A stretch of 64,000 nucleotides of DNA from Octopus sinensis. Taxonomy: Eukaryota. Positions 26,101-38,646 of this stretch are shown here, in pieces (position 1 is the stretch's first letter; every line of letters starts with the position of its first letter). The notes under the pieces were generated by a model. The model ran no database searches and was not told where the DNA came from. It saw nothing but the letters and a program-made list of their open reading frames with translations. The translations under genes and the position numbers were made by a program. The stretch is from the NCBI RefSeq assembly GCF_006345805.1, contig NC_042997.1, positions 45,880,001-45,944,000 of the forward strand, in the 5' to 3' direction.

Positions 26101-26961
26101 TAAGCTCTATAGGCATGGCTCGAGAAACACGGGGCCGACCTGCCCGAGATGCGGCAGAGCGACGAAACCGCTCTGCACGCAATCGTGCAGTGTCCAGCAA
26201 TTTCCCACCTGTGGGCTTATGTTGAACGACTGCTGTCACGTGTGGGACGTGTCGGTTTATCAGCCGAGTCTATCGTAATATCGTCACGCCTCCTTCCTTC
26301 AACGGGAAGGAAGAGCTATTTTTATCATACTTGTGGCTATGGCGAAAGAATGTATCTGGTGGACGCGTCTGAAAGGATTAGAGACAAACACTTTCCTCTC
26401 TGGTCAATCTCTCATCAACTTCTTCAAGTATCACTTGAAGAAAAAAGTGAGAGTAGAGAGGCAAGTTTTGTCTAGTGAATGTTTAAAAAAAAGATGGGTG
26501 AATGTAGCAAGGATGGCACGTATGAATGACGAAGCCACCTTGACTATGATTCTATGAACCGTAAAAATTAATACAGAGTGTTGCTTATTTGCAAAAAAAA
26601 AAAAGAAATATAACATGTGACTTCATTGACCGAGGTTACCGTGGTCTTTTCCGTAGGCTTTTCTTTCCACGGGTAAACCTCACCGGTCCTCCCCTTTACA
26701 CTTCATATTGACATTTCTGTGATAACGATCCCTATTGATCAATTTTTTCCTCTCCCCCTTTTTTTTAACCCCCCCCTTTTTTGTCCTCTTTCTCTCCTTT
26801 TACGATCCCTTTTGATCGACCCCCCTTTTTTATTTTATTTTATTTTTTATTTTATTATTATTATTTATTTATTTATTTATTTTTTTAAACCTTCAAAAGA
26901 AAAGCTCTACCTTGTAATTTGTTCTATCTGTGTGCAGCCCTGTGTGGCTAATAAAGAAACA
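23101..26961 (+). mobile_element. L1/Tx1-clade LINE copy 2 (ORF2 plus 3' UTR; ORF1 absent)
   Basis: Starts in the ORF1-ORF2 spacer; 3' UTR ends AATAAAGAAACA joined directly to (TATC)n. Confidence 0.92.
23155..26557 (+). pseudogene. Tx1-type ORF2 (AP endonuclease, reverse transcriptase, C-terminal Cys/His motif), frameshifted
   Basis: MVKIGCVNARGL, ISETRL, GDWNA, SYLDRI, SYTDHKLV, KSPGLDGLPYEFY, TCAVPGRSIHDNL, DQSKAFDRVDH, SAYADDVT, CPRCG...ETALHAIVQC across several frames. Confidence 0.92.
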
Positions 26962-27048
<87 letters not shown>

Positions 27049-27055
27049 TTATTTG

Positions 27056-27090
<35 letters not shown>

Positions 27091-27146
27091 GTCCGTCCAC
27101 CCGTCCGTCCGTCCGTATTTCCGTCCGTGTGTCCTTCCGTCCGTCA
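26962..27146. repeat. (TATC)n then (TCCG)n
   Basis: Direct observation. Confidence 0.95.
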
Positions 27147-27378
27147 GTCTGCATGTGTGTATAAATATGTATTTATAAAAATATGATATGCATCTTCATT
27201 AAATGTACGCATTCATATCATAATGACGAATGTGTGCGTGTGACAGATGGTGTATGTGTCTATGCTATTGTGCTTTTATGTTCGACAGCTCAACAGCATC
27301 TGTCTGTTTGTGTGTACATATACGTGTGTGCATGTGTATGTGTGCGTGTGTGTGTGCGCGCGCGTGTGTGTGTGTGTC

Positions 27379-27581
27379 TACTCTTTACTCTTTTACTCTT
27401 TTACTCTTTTACTTGTTTCAGTCATTTGACTGCGGCCATGCTGGAGCACCGCCTTTAGTCGAGCAAATAAGTCCAGTACTTATTCTATCGGTCTCTTTTG
27501 CCGAACCGCTAAGTGACAGGGACGTAAACACACCAGCATCGGTTGTCAAGCAATGCTAGGGGGACAAACACAGACACCCAA

Positions 27582-27612
<31 letters not shown>

Positions 27613-27764
27613 CATATATACGACAGGCTTCTTTCAGTTTCCGTCTACCAAATCCACTCACAAGGCATTGGTCAGCCCGAGGCTATAGCAGAAGACACTT
27701 GCCCAAGATGCCACGCAGTGGGACTGAACCCGGAACCATGTGGTTGGTTAGCAAGCTACTTACC
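27379..27764 (-). mobile_element. SINE family 1 copy (head slightly truncated)
   Basis: Colinear with 3907-4315. Confidence 0.9.
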
Positions 27765-28334
27765 GTGTATTTAAGACTAGATATACAGTTACTATGCAAC
27801 TACTAATAGGTAAAACAATATGAGAGTGACCCGCAACTAAAGTTCTGTGTTGACCAATGGTTGATGTTGGTTTTGTTTGATGCTTACTGCTCTTCTAGGC
27901 TTTGATGCGTTAGAATTACATGCTTGGGAAATTCTAGGACTGGCTACTGCACGGATAACTTGGTTCAATCCCCTTTCGCGGTATAAGTTTTACTTTGATC
28001 ATTGTCTAGTGTTTGTTGAGAGGAAAAGGGGGAAAAAAGAGAAAAAATGTACGTACGTTTTCTAACACACATGTATATATATATATATATATATAATATA
28101 TATACATATGGATGTAAGTATGTATGTAAATATGCGTATTTACCAATGTATGCATGTACGTATGTGTATGCATGTGTGTATGTTTGTATGTGAGAGAGTG
28201 TATGCGAGCACACGTACGTATAAACACAAGGATATGTGAGATGTGTGTAGATGCGTCATGCGTGTGTATGTGAGTGTATACACACACATGTGTATGTGTG
28301 TATGTGTTGTAATTTTTTGCGTGTACGATTTTGT

Positions 28335-28386
<52 letters not shown>

Positions 28387-28587
28387 TACATATAAATATA
28401 TATATATATATATGATTCGATTTGATCTAGTTTCTGCTCATGAGCTAAGTCCATGTTGGGACACAGAATGTATGTATGTATGTATAATTTTATCTGCATG
28501 TATATTTAGATTACTGAGTGTTTGTGTGTCACTGTGTGTGTGTATATGTTGATAAATGTCATCTATCTATCTATCTACCTATCTACA

Positions 28588-28634
<47 letters not shown>

Positions 28635-28759
28635 TCGCTCATTCGTGCGGGCACACACACACACACTTGTGTGTGAATAATCACCCACCTTATATACCCA
28701 CATCATACACAGTTGTGTTTATATGTCACTGATTTATTAATTGTTCTCTGTCAATCACT

Positions 28760-29000
28760 CAGGAACAAAACAAAACACAATGGTAATATAAAGACAGTAT
28801 ACAGAACAAACCAACATTTATCCGGATAAACGGTACGCATGTTTAACTACATATCTATAGCAATAGCAAAGCATCCAACAAAATCGTCCTCAGTCAAATG
28901 ATAGCCTCAACTTCACCCTGAAAGTGGCTGCAAAACTTTATTAGAAGCCCTCACAATCTGTCTACAACCTCCACCACACACTCGACTGTCCAAAATAGCA
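28760..29000 (+). pseudogene. Possible highly degraded PLE GIY-YIG C-terminus
   Basis: G*TVRMF...AIAKH...NFTLK...LLEALTI resembles the PLE endonuclease tail; weak. Confidence 0.35.
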
Positions 29001-29091
29001 GGATCTATGTGAATACACTGTATTTTTCCTGCAGTTAGGCTTTCGTACCCGAAATATAAAGGGTTTCTGAAACTTTCTTCCTCTATAACCA

Positions 29092-29387
29092 CGACTCAGT
29101 GGTTAGAGTCTGCTGCTCACAATCATGAGGACTGGGCTGTGTGTTGTGTTCTTCAGCAAGACACTTTATTTCGCTTTGATTCTGTTGACTTCGCTGTAGA
29201 AATGAGTTGCGACGTTACTGGTGCCATAACATCGGTGGCGTGGAGAGGGGAGACCGGTATGCATGGGCAACTGTTGGTCTTCCATAAACAACCTTGCCCA
29301 GATTTGTACCTTGGAGGGGAACTTTCTCGGTGCAATCCCATGGTTATTATATAAAGACCCCCTTCATGGCCGAAGAGGGTCTTTTAT
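29092..29387 (+). mobile_element. tRNA-derived SINE, family 3 (diverged)
   Basis: GACTCAGTGGTTAGAG head, CAGCAAGACACTT core, terminal hairpin AAGACCCCCTTC...GAAGAGGGTCTT; homologous copy at 41632-41913 (-). Confidence 0.7.
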
Positions 29388-30717
29388 ATCCAAATTGAGG
29401 GAGTGGTATAAAATTCAATCCTTGACGAGTTAACTTGGGATATTTTGACGGCAATGTAATCGTAATATGATTAAGTTTTCTTCGGCCCGATGAGTAGATA
29501 GCTCTACCTCCCGTTGAGTAATTATTACACCAGAGTATCTGTTAGTTTGAAACATATATAGGTGGGATTTTACCTGCTCCACTCCCTCACTTTGTATTTT
29601 TATTCGCATTAATAGCGACTTCAGTTGTGAACCGCGAAATATATGATTTTTTCCAGCCTGTCGATCTTCGATATAGGAAAAGCCTACAACCCTTGCCAAT
29701 AAATTATTGTTCCTGGATTTTGCTTTTTATAACCTATCATAGACTGCTTGAAACTTACTTTCTACACTTAGATCCTTGGATCTTATGATTACATGCATGT
29801 ATTGTATTTTTTTCCGTCCTTGTTTTGTATACATTCGCTGCTTTCCTCTAAGGAATCTAATGCGCTTAGCTTATTTTTTTCTTGGGGCTGGCCAGATTGG
29901 AACAATCTCAAGTATAATCAGCCGAAATTGCGAAGATAATCTGGTACTTGGCTGAGGAAAGAAAACTTCGAATGAGCCGCCCTTGTTTTCTTTGTATCGT
30001 GTATCTGGATGTTTTGTTGTCCCATTTTTGTATCACCTAAATGTCCGGATGTTTTGCGTTCTTGTCCCATTTTGTATATATATATATATATAAGTAGGTA
30101 GGATCCAGGAATCCAAGTTGAGGAAGTTTTCGTTGAGGTGACTACGACTCGATAATTAGCCAAGCTGCACTGGCTTCCTTACAACTTGCGTAATAAACTT
30201 CAGCTTGTTATGAAACAATTGTAGTCGGCATTCTACCTGTTCCACTTCTTATTATTTGGATATATATAGACAAATGATGTGTGTGTATCTATGATATGAA
30301 AGCATATAAATGTGTTTGAGGTTCAGCTTGCGTGTATGTTTTCAGGACATTGTTTTTATAAAAGTAATTTTCAGAATAACAAGAAAAAATAGTTATAGGA
30401 GATTCAAAAGTAGGAGTAGAATTGAATCAATTGCAAAGTTCGTTACGACTGGGGACTGCAAGTTTTGCCCGACGGCTTATTTAATCTGTAAAAAAAAAGC
30501 GTTTTTCTGAGGTTTATAGAAGGAAAAAAGAAACAAGATTAAATTGCATTAATATAAAAGTTTGTGAAGTGTCAAATTAGAATTATAGTCAAAATTGTAA
30601 ATGCTAACGTTTACCGCATTGGGAGAGGAAATCTGACAAATGTGTTTGAATGCAAGATAAATAAATTTAAGCCTAGGAACGAGATGGCGAGAAGGTGAAG
30701 AGACTAAGCAAAGACGA

Positions 30718-30729
30718 ATGATAATAACA

Positions 30730-30764
<35 letters not shown>

Positions 30765-30827
30765 AATAATAATAATAATAATAATAACAATAATAATAAT
30801 ATAATAATAATAATATTGATAATAATA
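30718..30827. repeat. (ATG)n/(ATA)n array
   Basis: Direct observation. Confidence 0.95.
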
Positions 30828-31103
30828 GGAAGAATTTGGAGCATTTTAGGTTATGCCTAAAATGATTGGTGCGTTGGGAACAGTAAGCCAAACTATACAA
30901 AAATGACTGAAAGAGATTGAAACGGAATGCCCGGTAGAGCCTCTACATAAAGTTTGTCTCTTAGGGACAGCGAAGATTATCAGGAGTGTTTTAATCACTT
31001 TAAAGACTGCTGAAAATTTGTGGATACCTAAGGTTACAAGTTGTAACCCGCTATGCACACAATTCCTATCAAGAATAAGACCGAACCTGAGCCAAACCAA
31101 ACC
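30828..31103 (+). mobile_element. R4/Dong-type LINE copy A, severely 5'-truncated
   Basis: MPKMIGALGTVS...LHKVCLLGTAKIIRSVL (RLE C-terminus) plus 3' UTR; TAA repeats both sides. Confidence 0.8.
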
Positions 31104-31127
31104 ATAATAATAATAATAATAATAAGG

Positions 31128-31158
<31 letters not shown>

Positions 31159-31238
31159 GGATAATAATAATAATAAGGATAATAAGGATAATAATGATAA
31201 TAATAATAAGGATAATAATAATAATAAGGATAATAATG

Positions 31239-31287
<49 letters not shown>

Positions 31288-31316
31288 GGATAATAATAAT
31301 AATAAGGATAATAAGG

Positions 31317-31371
<55 letters not shown>

Positions 31372-31409
31372 TAATAATAATAATAATAACAGTAATAATA
31401 ATAATGATG

Positions 31410-31473
<64 letters not shown>

Positions 31474-31484
31474 GGATAATAATA
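31104..31484. repeat. (TAA)n array with AGG interruptions
   Basis: Direct observation. Confidence 0.97.
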
Positions 31485-34400
31485 GTAACGGATAGAATGA
31501 ACGAAGCTGCAGTTAAAGAAGATAATACAGAGGAAATAATTATAGACCAGCTCAGAGCTAATAAAAAACGAAGAAGTAATAGTGTAATTGAAAGAGTTAG
31601 TATAAGTGATAGGCAAAGTGAAATACTCCCTGAACCAAATATAAACACTAAGAGAGATGAACATCAAATAGATGAAGAAAGTCACACAAATATTGACCCA
31701 CAGAACTACATGAGCTAAAAAGTCAAATCATGATTGAATGGCTGAAAATTAAAGAAACCAGTATGGATGAACGCGATACACTCCCTAAAATCCGCAACTC
31801 TAACCAAAACATGAAAATAATTGGTAAAACCGGCTTGCACTTAAGGATATAATTTCAGCTAATGATGTTGATATCACAGATCTCAACCACCTATACTATG
31901 CATCCGCGAAAATCTCAACGATCCTATGTGGTGAAAAGATTAGAAAAACGGCAACATTTCCACAAAAAGCCTTCTTGGCAAGAGCGTTTGCAACAACAAA
32001 TTAAACTATTTAGATCTGACATTGAATATTTGAAAAACCTTAAGGTTCATAAGACTACCAAACCTACAAAAACCCCAAAACTAATGAAAAAATATAATAT
32101 GAAAACTATACTTGATATTGATGCCACCATAGAAACCATCAAGCAAAAGGTATCTGCTAAAGCTGCCCGCATAGCGAGGTATGAAAAGCGTATTAGATTC
32201 TTCAGGGACAACAACATGTTCAAAAATAACCCCAAAACTTTTTACAGGAAGATAGGAAAAACAACAGTTACTGTAAAGTCTGTACCATCAAAAAGAGAAG
32301 TGCAGGGATTTTGGAATAAAATTTGGGCAGAAGAAAAAACACACAGCGAAAAGGCCCCCTGGATTGATAGAATATCTAAAGAACTGGACTCCTTAGAAGA
32401 GCAAAAGTGGGAGGGTGTCAAGGTAGAAGATATAAGATCTGCTCTCAGGAGGTCAAGCAAATGGAAGTCTCCAGGAAAGGATAAAATCCTAACTTTGGTT
32501 GAATGCCTTCCCAGAGAGCCATGAACTGCTAACAGAACTTTACAATGATGTTTTGCAACACCCTAGTAGGATGCCTCCTTGGCTAGTTAATGGGTTAACA
32601 TTCCTGCTTCCAAAAAGTGAAGAAACAAATGAACCAAAAAACTATAGACCATAACCTGCTTAAAACTATGTTAAAACACTAACATCTGTCCTGACGGAAT
32701 ATACCTATAGTTTTTTGACAGACAGCAGCATATTCCCTAATGAACAGAAAGGATGTAAACGTGGATCCTACGGTTGTAAAGATCAACTACTCATCAATAA
32801 GATGATCTTAGAAGATTGTCACAAACGACACAAAAACTTATCAATAGCCTGGATAGACTATAAAAAGGCTTTTGATAGCCTACCACATAGCTGGATTAAT
32901 AAATGCATAGAAATGTATAAGATAGCACCTGCTCTGCGAAACTTTTTGTCTGTAAGTATGAGATCATGGAGAACCACACTAACTTTGAACAGTGACAATG
33001 AATCTCTAAATGCTGGTGATGTAAAAATTTCATGTGGCATTTTCCAGGGTGACTCACTATCACCGCTCCTCTTCTGTTTAGCCTTAATACCTCTCTCAAA
33101 ACTGCTCAATGACGCGCAGTACGGATATAAAATGTTTGAAAAAAATATAAATCATCTCATTTACATGGATGATTTAAAACTCTTTGCAAAAAATGACCAA
33201 CAACTCAAGGGCTTACTAGCGATTGTCAAACAATTCAGTGATGACATCAGAATGCAATTTGGCCTCGATAAGTGCGCAAAAGCTACCTTTATCAAAGGAA
33301 AAATGACAGAAACATCTAACGTTAACCTTGACCAGCAGAATGTCATAAAAGAATTAGACCCAGCAGAGAACTACAAGTATCTAGGGGTAATTGAAGGAGA
33401 AGGAATAAGGCATTCAGTGATGAAGGAAAGGATCAGGAGAGAATGCTATCGCAGAGTAAGAGCAATACTCAAGACAGAGCTGAATGCGAGAAACAGGATC
33501 GAAGCGATCAATGCATTAGCCATACCAGTCGTGACTTACAATTTCAATATCGTCAACTGGTCAATTACTGAAATATGTAATCTTGACAGAAAAATACGAA
33601 AACTCTTGACAATGCATAGATGCACCACCCTAAGGCAGATATAGAACGACTTTATCTGCCATGAAAAGAGGGAGGCCGTGGACTTTTACAACTGGCAATA
33701 ACAATGAAGATTGCTACAATTGGCCTAGATACCTACCTGAAAAACTCTGAGGACTGGATATTAAAACTTGTCTCAAAACATGAAAACAAGAAAGCATCAT
33801 ACTCAGTCACAAAACAGGCAAAGGAATATCTAAGTGAATTCCGAATACAACAAATTTCGGAATTAGAGATAGACATACAAGAAACAAGCACAGAAATAGC
33901 TAAGTGCATGAAAACCCGTGCTAAATCTGCGGCCTTAGATATTCTGAATGATAAATGGCAAATACCCAAAGAGAGCGAATAATGCAGATGTTGACAAAGC
34001 CCTGACCCATCAATGGCTAATGGCCTCTGGCTTAAAATCTGAAACAGAGGGGTTTATCATAGCAGCTCAAGATCAATGCCTACCAACAAGAAACTACCAG
34101 GCCAACATATTAAAGATCAGAAGCAGTCCAACGTGTCGTGTATGCAAGCAACAAAATGAAACCATTGACCATGTGGTCTCCAAGTGCAGTCTTCTAGCGC
34201 CTACAGAGTATCTCAACAGGCACGATAGAGCTGCACAATATATTCACTGGGTAATCTGTAAAAACCTGGATTTGCCCCATGAAAAAAACTGGTGGGAACA
34301 CAAACCACCCCCAGTGCTTGAAAATGACCACATCTCACTCCTCTGGAACTTCACCATTCAAACTGACAGAAAGATAGATGCAAGTAGGAGACATCATATT

Positions 34401-34903
34401 GAAAGACTTCAAACAAAGAACATGCCTCCTCATTGATATGACTGTCCCAATCGATATAAACGTATCTGTCAAGACCTACCAAAAACTGAGCAAATATAAA
34501 GATCTTGAAATAGAAATCAGCAAAATGTGGAACCTGAAGACTAAAACAATACCTGTTGTCATAGGTGCCCTGGGAATGATAGCAAAAGGGGCTGATAGCT
34601 ACCTAACTCAGATACCAGGAAACCCAAAAATGTCAGAAATTCAAAAGATAGTGCTCATGGGAACTGCTCATATCCTACGCAAAATACTTTCTATGTAATC
34701 TCAGGGTTTAAAACAAACATAATTTTCGGTTTAAAAAAAAAAAAACTTTTTTTAGACATTCATTAGTACAACACCCCCACCCCCCAAATATATGGCACAC
34801 TAGGCATAACAACAACATGAACTTCCAACCCTGTTGCCTCTTGAGGTCTCTGGGTGAGACTTGGAGCCAACTTGTACAAATATAAAGCAAAAGTCAAACA
34901 TAG
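31485..34903 (+). mobile_element. R4/Dong-type LINE copy B (RT + CCHC + restriction-like endonuclease), 5'-truncated, frameshifted
   Basis: KSPGKDKI, EQKGCKRGSYGCKDQLLIN, WIDYKKAFDS, GIFQGDSLSPLLF, YMDDLKL, CRVC..QNETIDHVVSKC, RHD, DIILKD...LIDMTVP...KLSKYKDL, VVIGALG; flanked by (TAA)n. Confidence 0.93.
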
Positions 34904-35006
34904 AATAATAATAATAATAATAATGATGATAATAATAATAATAACAGTAATAATAATAATGATGATAATAATAATAATAATGATGATAATAATAATAATA
35001 ATAATG

Positions 35007-35046
<40 letters not shown>

Positions 35047-35085
35047 GATAATAATAATAATAAGGATAATAAGGATAATAATAAC

Positions 35086-35128
<43 letters not shown>

Positions 35129-35151
35129 TAAGGATAATAATAATAATGATG

Positions 35152-35214
<63 letters not shown>

Positions 35215-35249
35215 TAATAATAATAATAAGGATAATAATAATAATAATA

Positions 35250-35281
<32 letters not shown>
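34904..35281. repeat. (TAA)n array
   Basis: Direct observation. Confidence 0.97.
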
Positions 35282-35431
35282 AGTAGATTGACACGTTTAT
35301 GTTTTGAACCTGTTGAAGACACACGAGATGTCGAAATATTGTTCACTTGATGACAATGGTACTCTTCTTTTTTTCTCTAATAATAATAGTAATAATAATG
35401 ATGATGATGATGATGATGATAATGATGATAA

Positions 35432-35608
35432 TCCTTTCTACTATAAGAACAAGGTCTGAAATTGTGGGTGAGACGGGTAGTCGATTACATCGATCTCATT
35501 GCGTAACTTTCGGCCCTGAAAAGATGAAAGGTAAAGTCGATCTCGGCGGGCTTTGAACTCCGAACGTAATGACAGACGAAATACTGCTAAGCATTTTGCC
35601 CGGCGTGT
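35432..35608 (-). mobile_element. SINE family 4 (Nin/Deu-domain-like), truncated
   Basis: Minus strand GAGTTCAAAG B-box region and TCGACTTTACCTTTCATCTTTTCAGGG; homologous to 36388-36610. Confidence 0.7.
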
Positions 35609-36378
35609 ACAGAAAGGAAAGCTGAAGATAGAGACAGAAAGTTTGTTAGTAGCAGCACAAGATCAAACTTTAAGGACTAATTAGATACAAGCCAAGACAG
35701 AAAAAACAAGTAGATTTCCAATGTAGATCATGTAAATCAAAAGAAGAAAGCGTTACTGATATCGTAAGTGAATATAGCATGCTGGCACAGAAAGAATACA
35801 AAAAAAAATGACATGACAATCTGAGGAGAGCAATCCACTGGTGGCTATGTAGAAAGCTAGGATTTGAGCATACTGATAAATGGTATGAACATGGACCTAG
35901 CAAAGTACTAGAGAGTAAGAAATATAAGATGTGAGACTTTAACATTCAGACTGACAGAGTAATAGAAGCTAGAAGCTCTGATCTGGTAGTAGTAGATGAA
36001 GAGAACAGAAAGTGCCAAGTAATTGACTTTACAGTCCCAAATGATGAAAATAGAAATATGAGAGGTATAGAAAAAATAGAAAAGTATCAAGACCTAGCTA
36101 TTGAATTACAGAGACTATGGAAAGTGTGAGTAAAATGCATCCTAATATTAGTTATAAGTGCATTGGGAACTATTCCTAAAAATCTGAACAGATGGATAGA
36201 GGAAATGGACATAAAACCCAGTTTAGAATAGCTGCAGAAAGCAGTTATTATGGAGAGTTAGGATACTTATGAAGGTTCTTGTCATCTAAGGTTACTTACT
36301 GTAACCCAATAGGAGGGTTCTTGTCACCTAAGGCTACTTTTCTTTTCCAACAGTCTAATCTGATGAGTGTATATGAAA
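35609..36378 (+). mobile_element. R4/Dong-type LINE copy C, degraded 3' part
   Basis: LKIETESLLVAAQDQTLRTN, HDN...IHWWLC, IEARSSDLVVVD...CQVIDFTVP, KIEKYQDL, SALGTIP. Confidence 0.8.
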
Positions 36379-36387
36379 ATAATAATA

Positions 36388-36610
36388 ATAGTAATAAAGC
36401 CTTCTACTATAGACACAACAGCTGAAATTTTGTGAGAGGGAGGTATCGATTATATCGATCACATTACTCAACTGGTACTTATTTCATCGACCTCGAAAGG
36501 ATGAAAGTAAACTCGACCTTGACGGAATTTGAACTGAGAACATAAAGACCGACAAAATGCCGCTAAGATTTTTGGCCGGCGTGCTAACGTTTCTGCGAGC
36601 TTGCCGCCTC
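36388..36610 (-). mobile_element. SINE family 4, near full length
   Basis: Minus strand GAGGCGGCAAGCTCGCAGAAACGTTAGC head, CAGTTCAAATTCC B box, CTTTCATCCTTTCGAGGTCGATGAAATAAGTACCAG (Deu/Nin-like core). Confidence 0.75.
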
Positions 36611-36643
36611 AATAATAATAATAATAATAATAACAGCAACAAC

Positions 36644-36703
<60 letters not shown>
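36611..36703. repeat. (TAA)n array
   Basis: Direct observation. Confidence 0.97.
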
Positions 36704-36705
<2 letters not shown>

Positions 36706-38557
36706 AAAGATGGTAAAATACGACCAAAGAATGAAGGGTTACCACCAGAATAGGTTATTCAAAGTAGATCAGAAGAGATTCTATAAAGAAATAAATGGAA
36801 CGCCTACAAATGAAAAGTTGATACAAGATAACAATGAAAGTCAAAGGTTTTGGAGTGACATCTGAAGAAAAGATAAGGAGCACAAGAAGAATGCTGAATG
36901 CAGGAACTGAAACAAAAAATAGTCTGTCCAAAAAAAGGCAGAACTAGTCATTTCAGTTAGGGAAGTGAAGGAAATCAGGAAAAAAAAAGCAGCTGGAAGG
37001 CCCCGTGACTACATGGAGTTCAAGGCTACTGGATCAATAGGTTTGGTGAATATCAAGCACGAATAGCTGCGCAGCTCAACACCTTATTAAATGCCGACCA
37101 AGTAACACCAGAGTGGTTGATATTGGGTAAGACAGTGCTGTTCTTGCAAAAACACGGAAAAAGGCAATACGGTAGATATTTACAGGCCGATATCCTGTTT
37201 GCCACTTATGTGGAAATTATTGACTGGAATACTCGCAGAGTCAATGTACGAACATTTGGAAACATGAGCAGAAAGGTACAAGGATCAACACCTGATGGAC
37301 AAAACTGTACTTAGAGACTGCAAGAGGAGGAAAAGTAACTTAGCCATGTCATGGATCGACTATCCTAAGACATACGATATGATTCCACAGTCTTGGATAA
37401 TGGAATGTATGAACCTATTTGGTATTGCATCGAATGTTGAGCGATTACTTGGAAAAAGTATGGCGAATTGGAGGACAAACCTGACAGTATACGGAAGAAG
37501 TTTAGGGACAGTAGAAATCAGGAGGGGCATCTTCCAAGGGGACTGCCTGTCTCCACTGATCTTTGTACTGTGCTTGATACCACTAACACTGATTTGAGGA
37601 AAGCAAAGCTGGGTATGTATTCAAAAGCTGCCAACAAAATATCAACCTTTTGTTATTCATGGATGACCTCAAACTTATAATTTCAGTGCTGATATCAGAA
37701 TGGAGTTCGGACGAATGAAACCGAAAATAAATGGGTAAAGAAAAGAATGCATGGACAATTTCATAGGGATGTTGAAGATGAGAAAAAAGATGGCTGTGGA
37801 TGATTTAAAAGTGATTTAAAACTGGAAAAGGAGATTCTAGTCTGTGCTGCCCAAGAGCTAGCACTAAGAAGAAACTGCATAAAATACAGAATAGACAAAT
37901 ATCAGAAAGTGATAAGTGCGGAATCCGTGGACAAAATGGTGAAAACATTTGGCATATTACCAGCGAATGTACGCCACTTGCCCAGAAGGAATATAAGAGA
38001 CGCCACGGCAATATAGCCAGGCTTGTCCATTGGGCACCTTGCAACAAGTATGGACTTGACAGAGAAAAAGATTGGTACGACTACAAAGCCGAAAGCATTA
38101 CCGAAAATGATAATGCAAAGATCCTGTGGGATTTTATGATTCAGTGCGACCATGAGGTAGAAAAATAGGAAGCCAGGCATAGTATTAATTGAGAAAGAAA
38201 GCAAACTATGCTGGATCATAGATATAGCATGCCCAGCTGACAAATAAGGTATGTGATAAGGAAAAGTTCATAGATTTGACAGGTTAGCTTAGGAGGTTAA
38301 GCAATTGTGGTCTATGAAAAAGGTGGTGGTAGTACCAATAATTGTCGGAGCCCTGGGAACAGTGAGTAAAAATCTTGAAAAGTACATGACACAGATAGGG
38401 GCTGCAATAAGGGTGGAGCACTTGCAGAAACAGCACTGCTTGGAACCGCTCGAATATTCCGGAAGGTGCTCGAAAAATAAGAGGTGTTACCTTAGTTCAC
38501 TGGTAGTGAACAGCTGACACTGTAGTACATCTCCAGCGTTAGAAGCTGTGCAAAGGG
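36704..38557 (+). mobile_element. R4/Dong-type LINE copy D, 5'-truncated with internal deletions
   Basis: YHQNRLFKVDQKRFY, LAMSWIDYPKTYD, RRGIFQGDCLSPLIF, FMDDLKL, CGIRGQNGENIWHI, KILWDF, VVPIIVGALGTV; flanked by (TAA)n. Confidence 0.88.
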
Positions 38558-38568
38558 AATAATAATAT

Positions 38569-38646
<78 letters not shown>

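Noticed and set aside
29950-29990. CTGAGGA-AAG(AAAA)CTT-CGAAT hammerhead-like string
   Set aside because: Lacks GAAA after stem II, a palindromic stem III and an NUH triplet
30846-31718. ORFs of 204-279 aa rich in Y, I or L
   Set aside because: Frames through the (TAA)n array; only the + strand tail after 31485 belongs to the Dong element
32715-33644. 309-aa RT ORF as a functional gene
   Set aside because: Part of a 5'-truncated element with frameshifts on both sides; cannot encode an active protein
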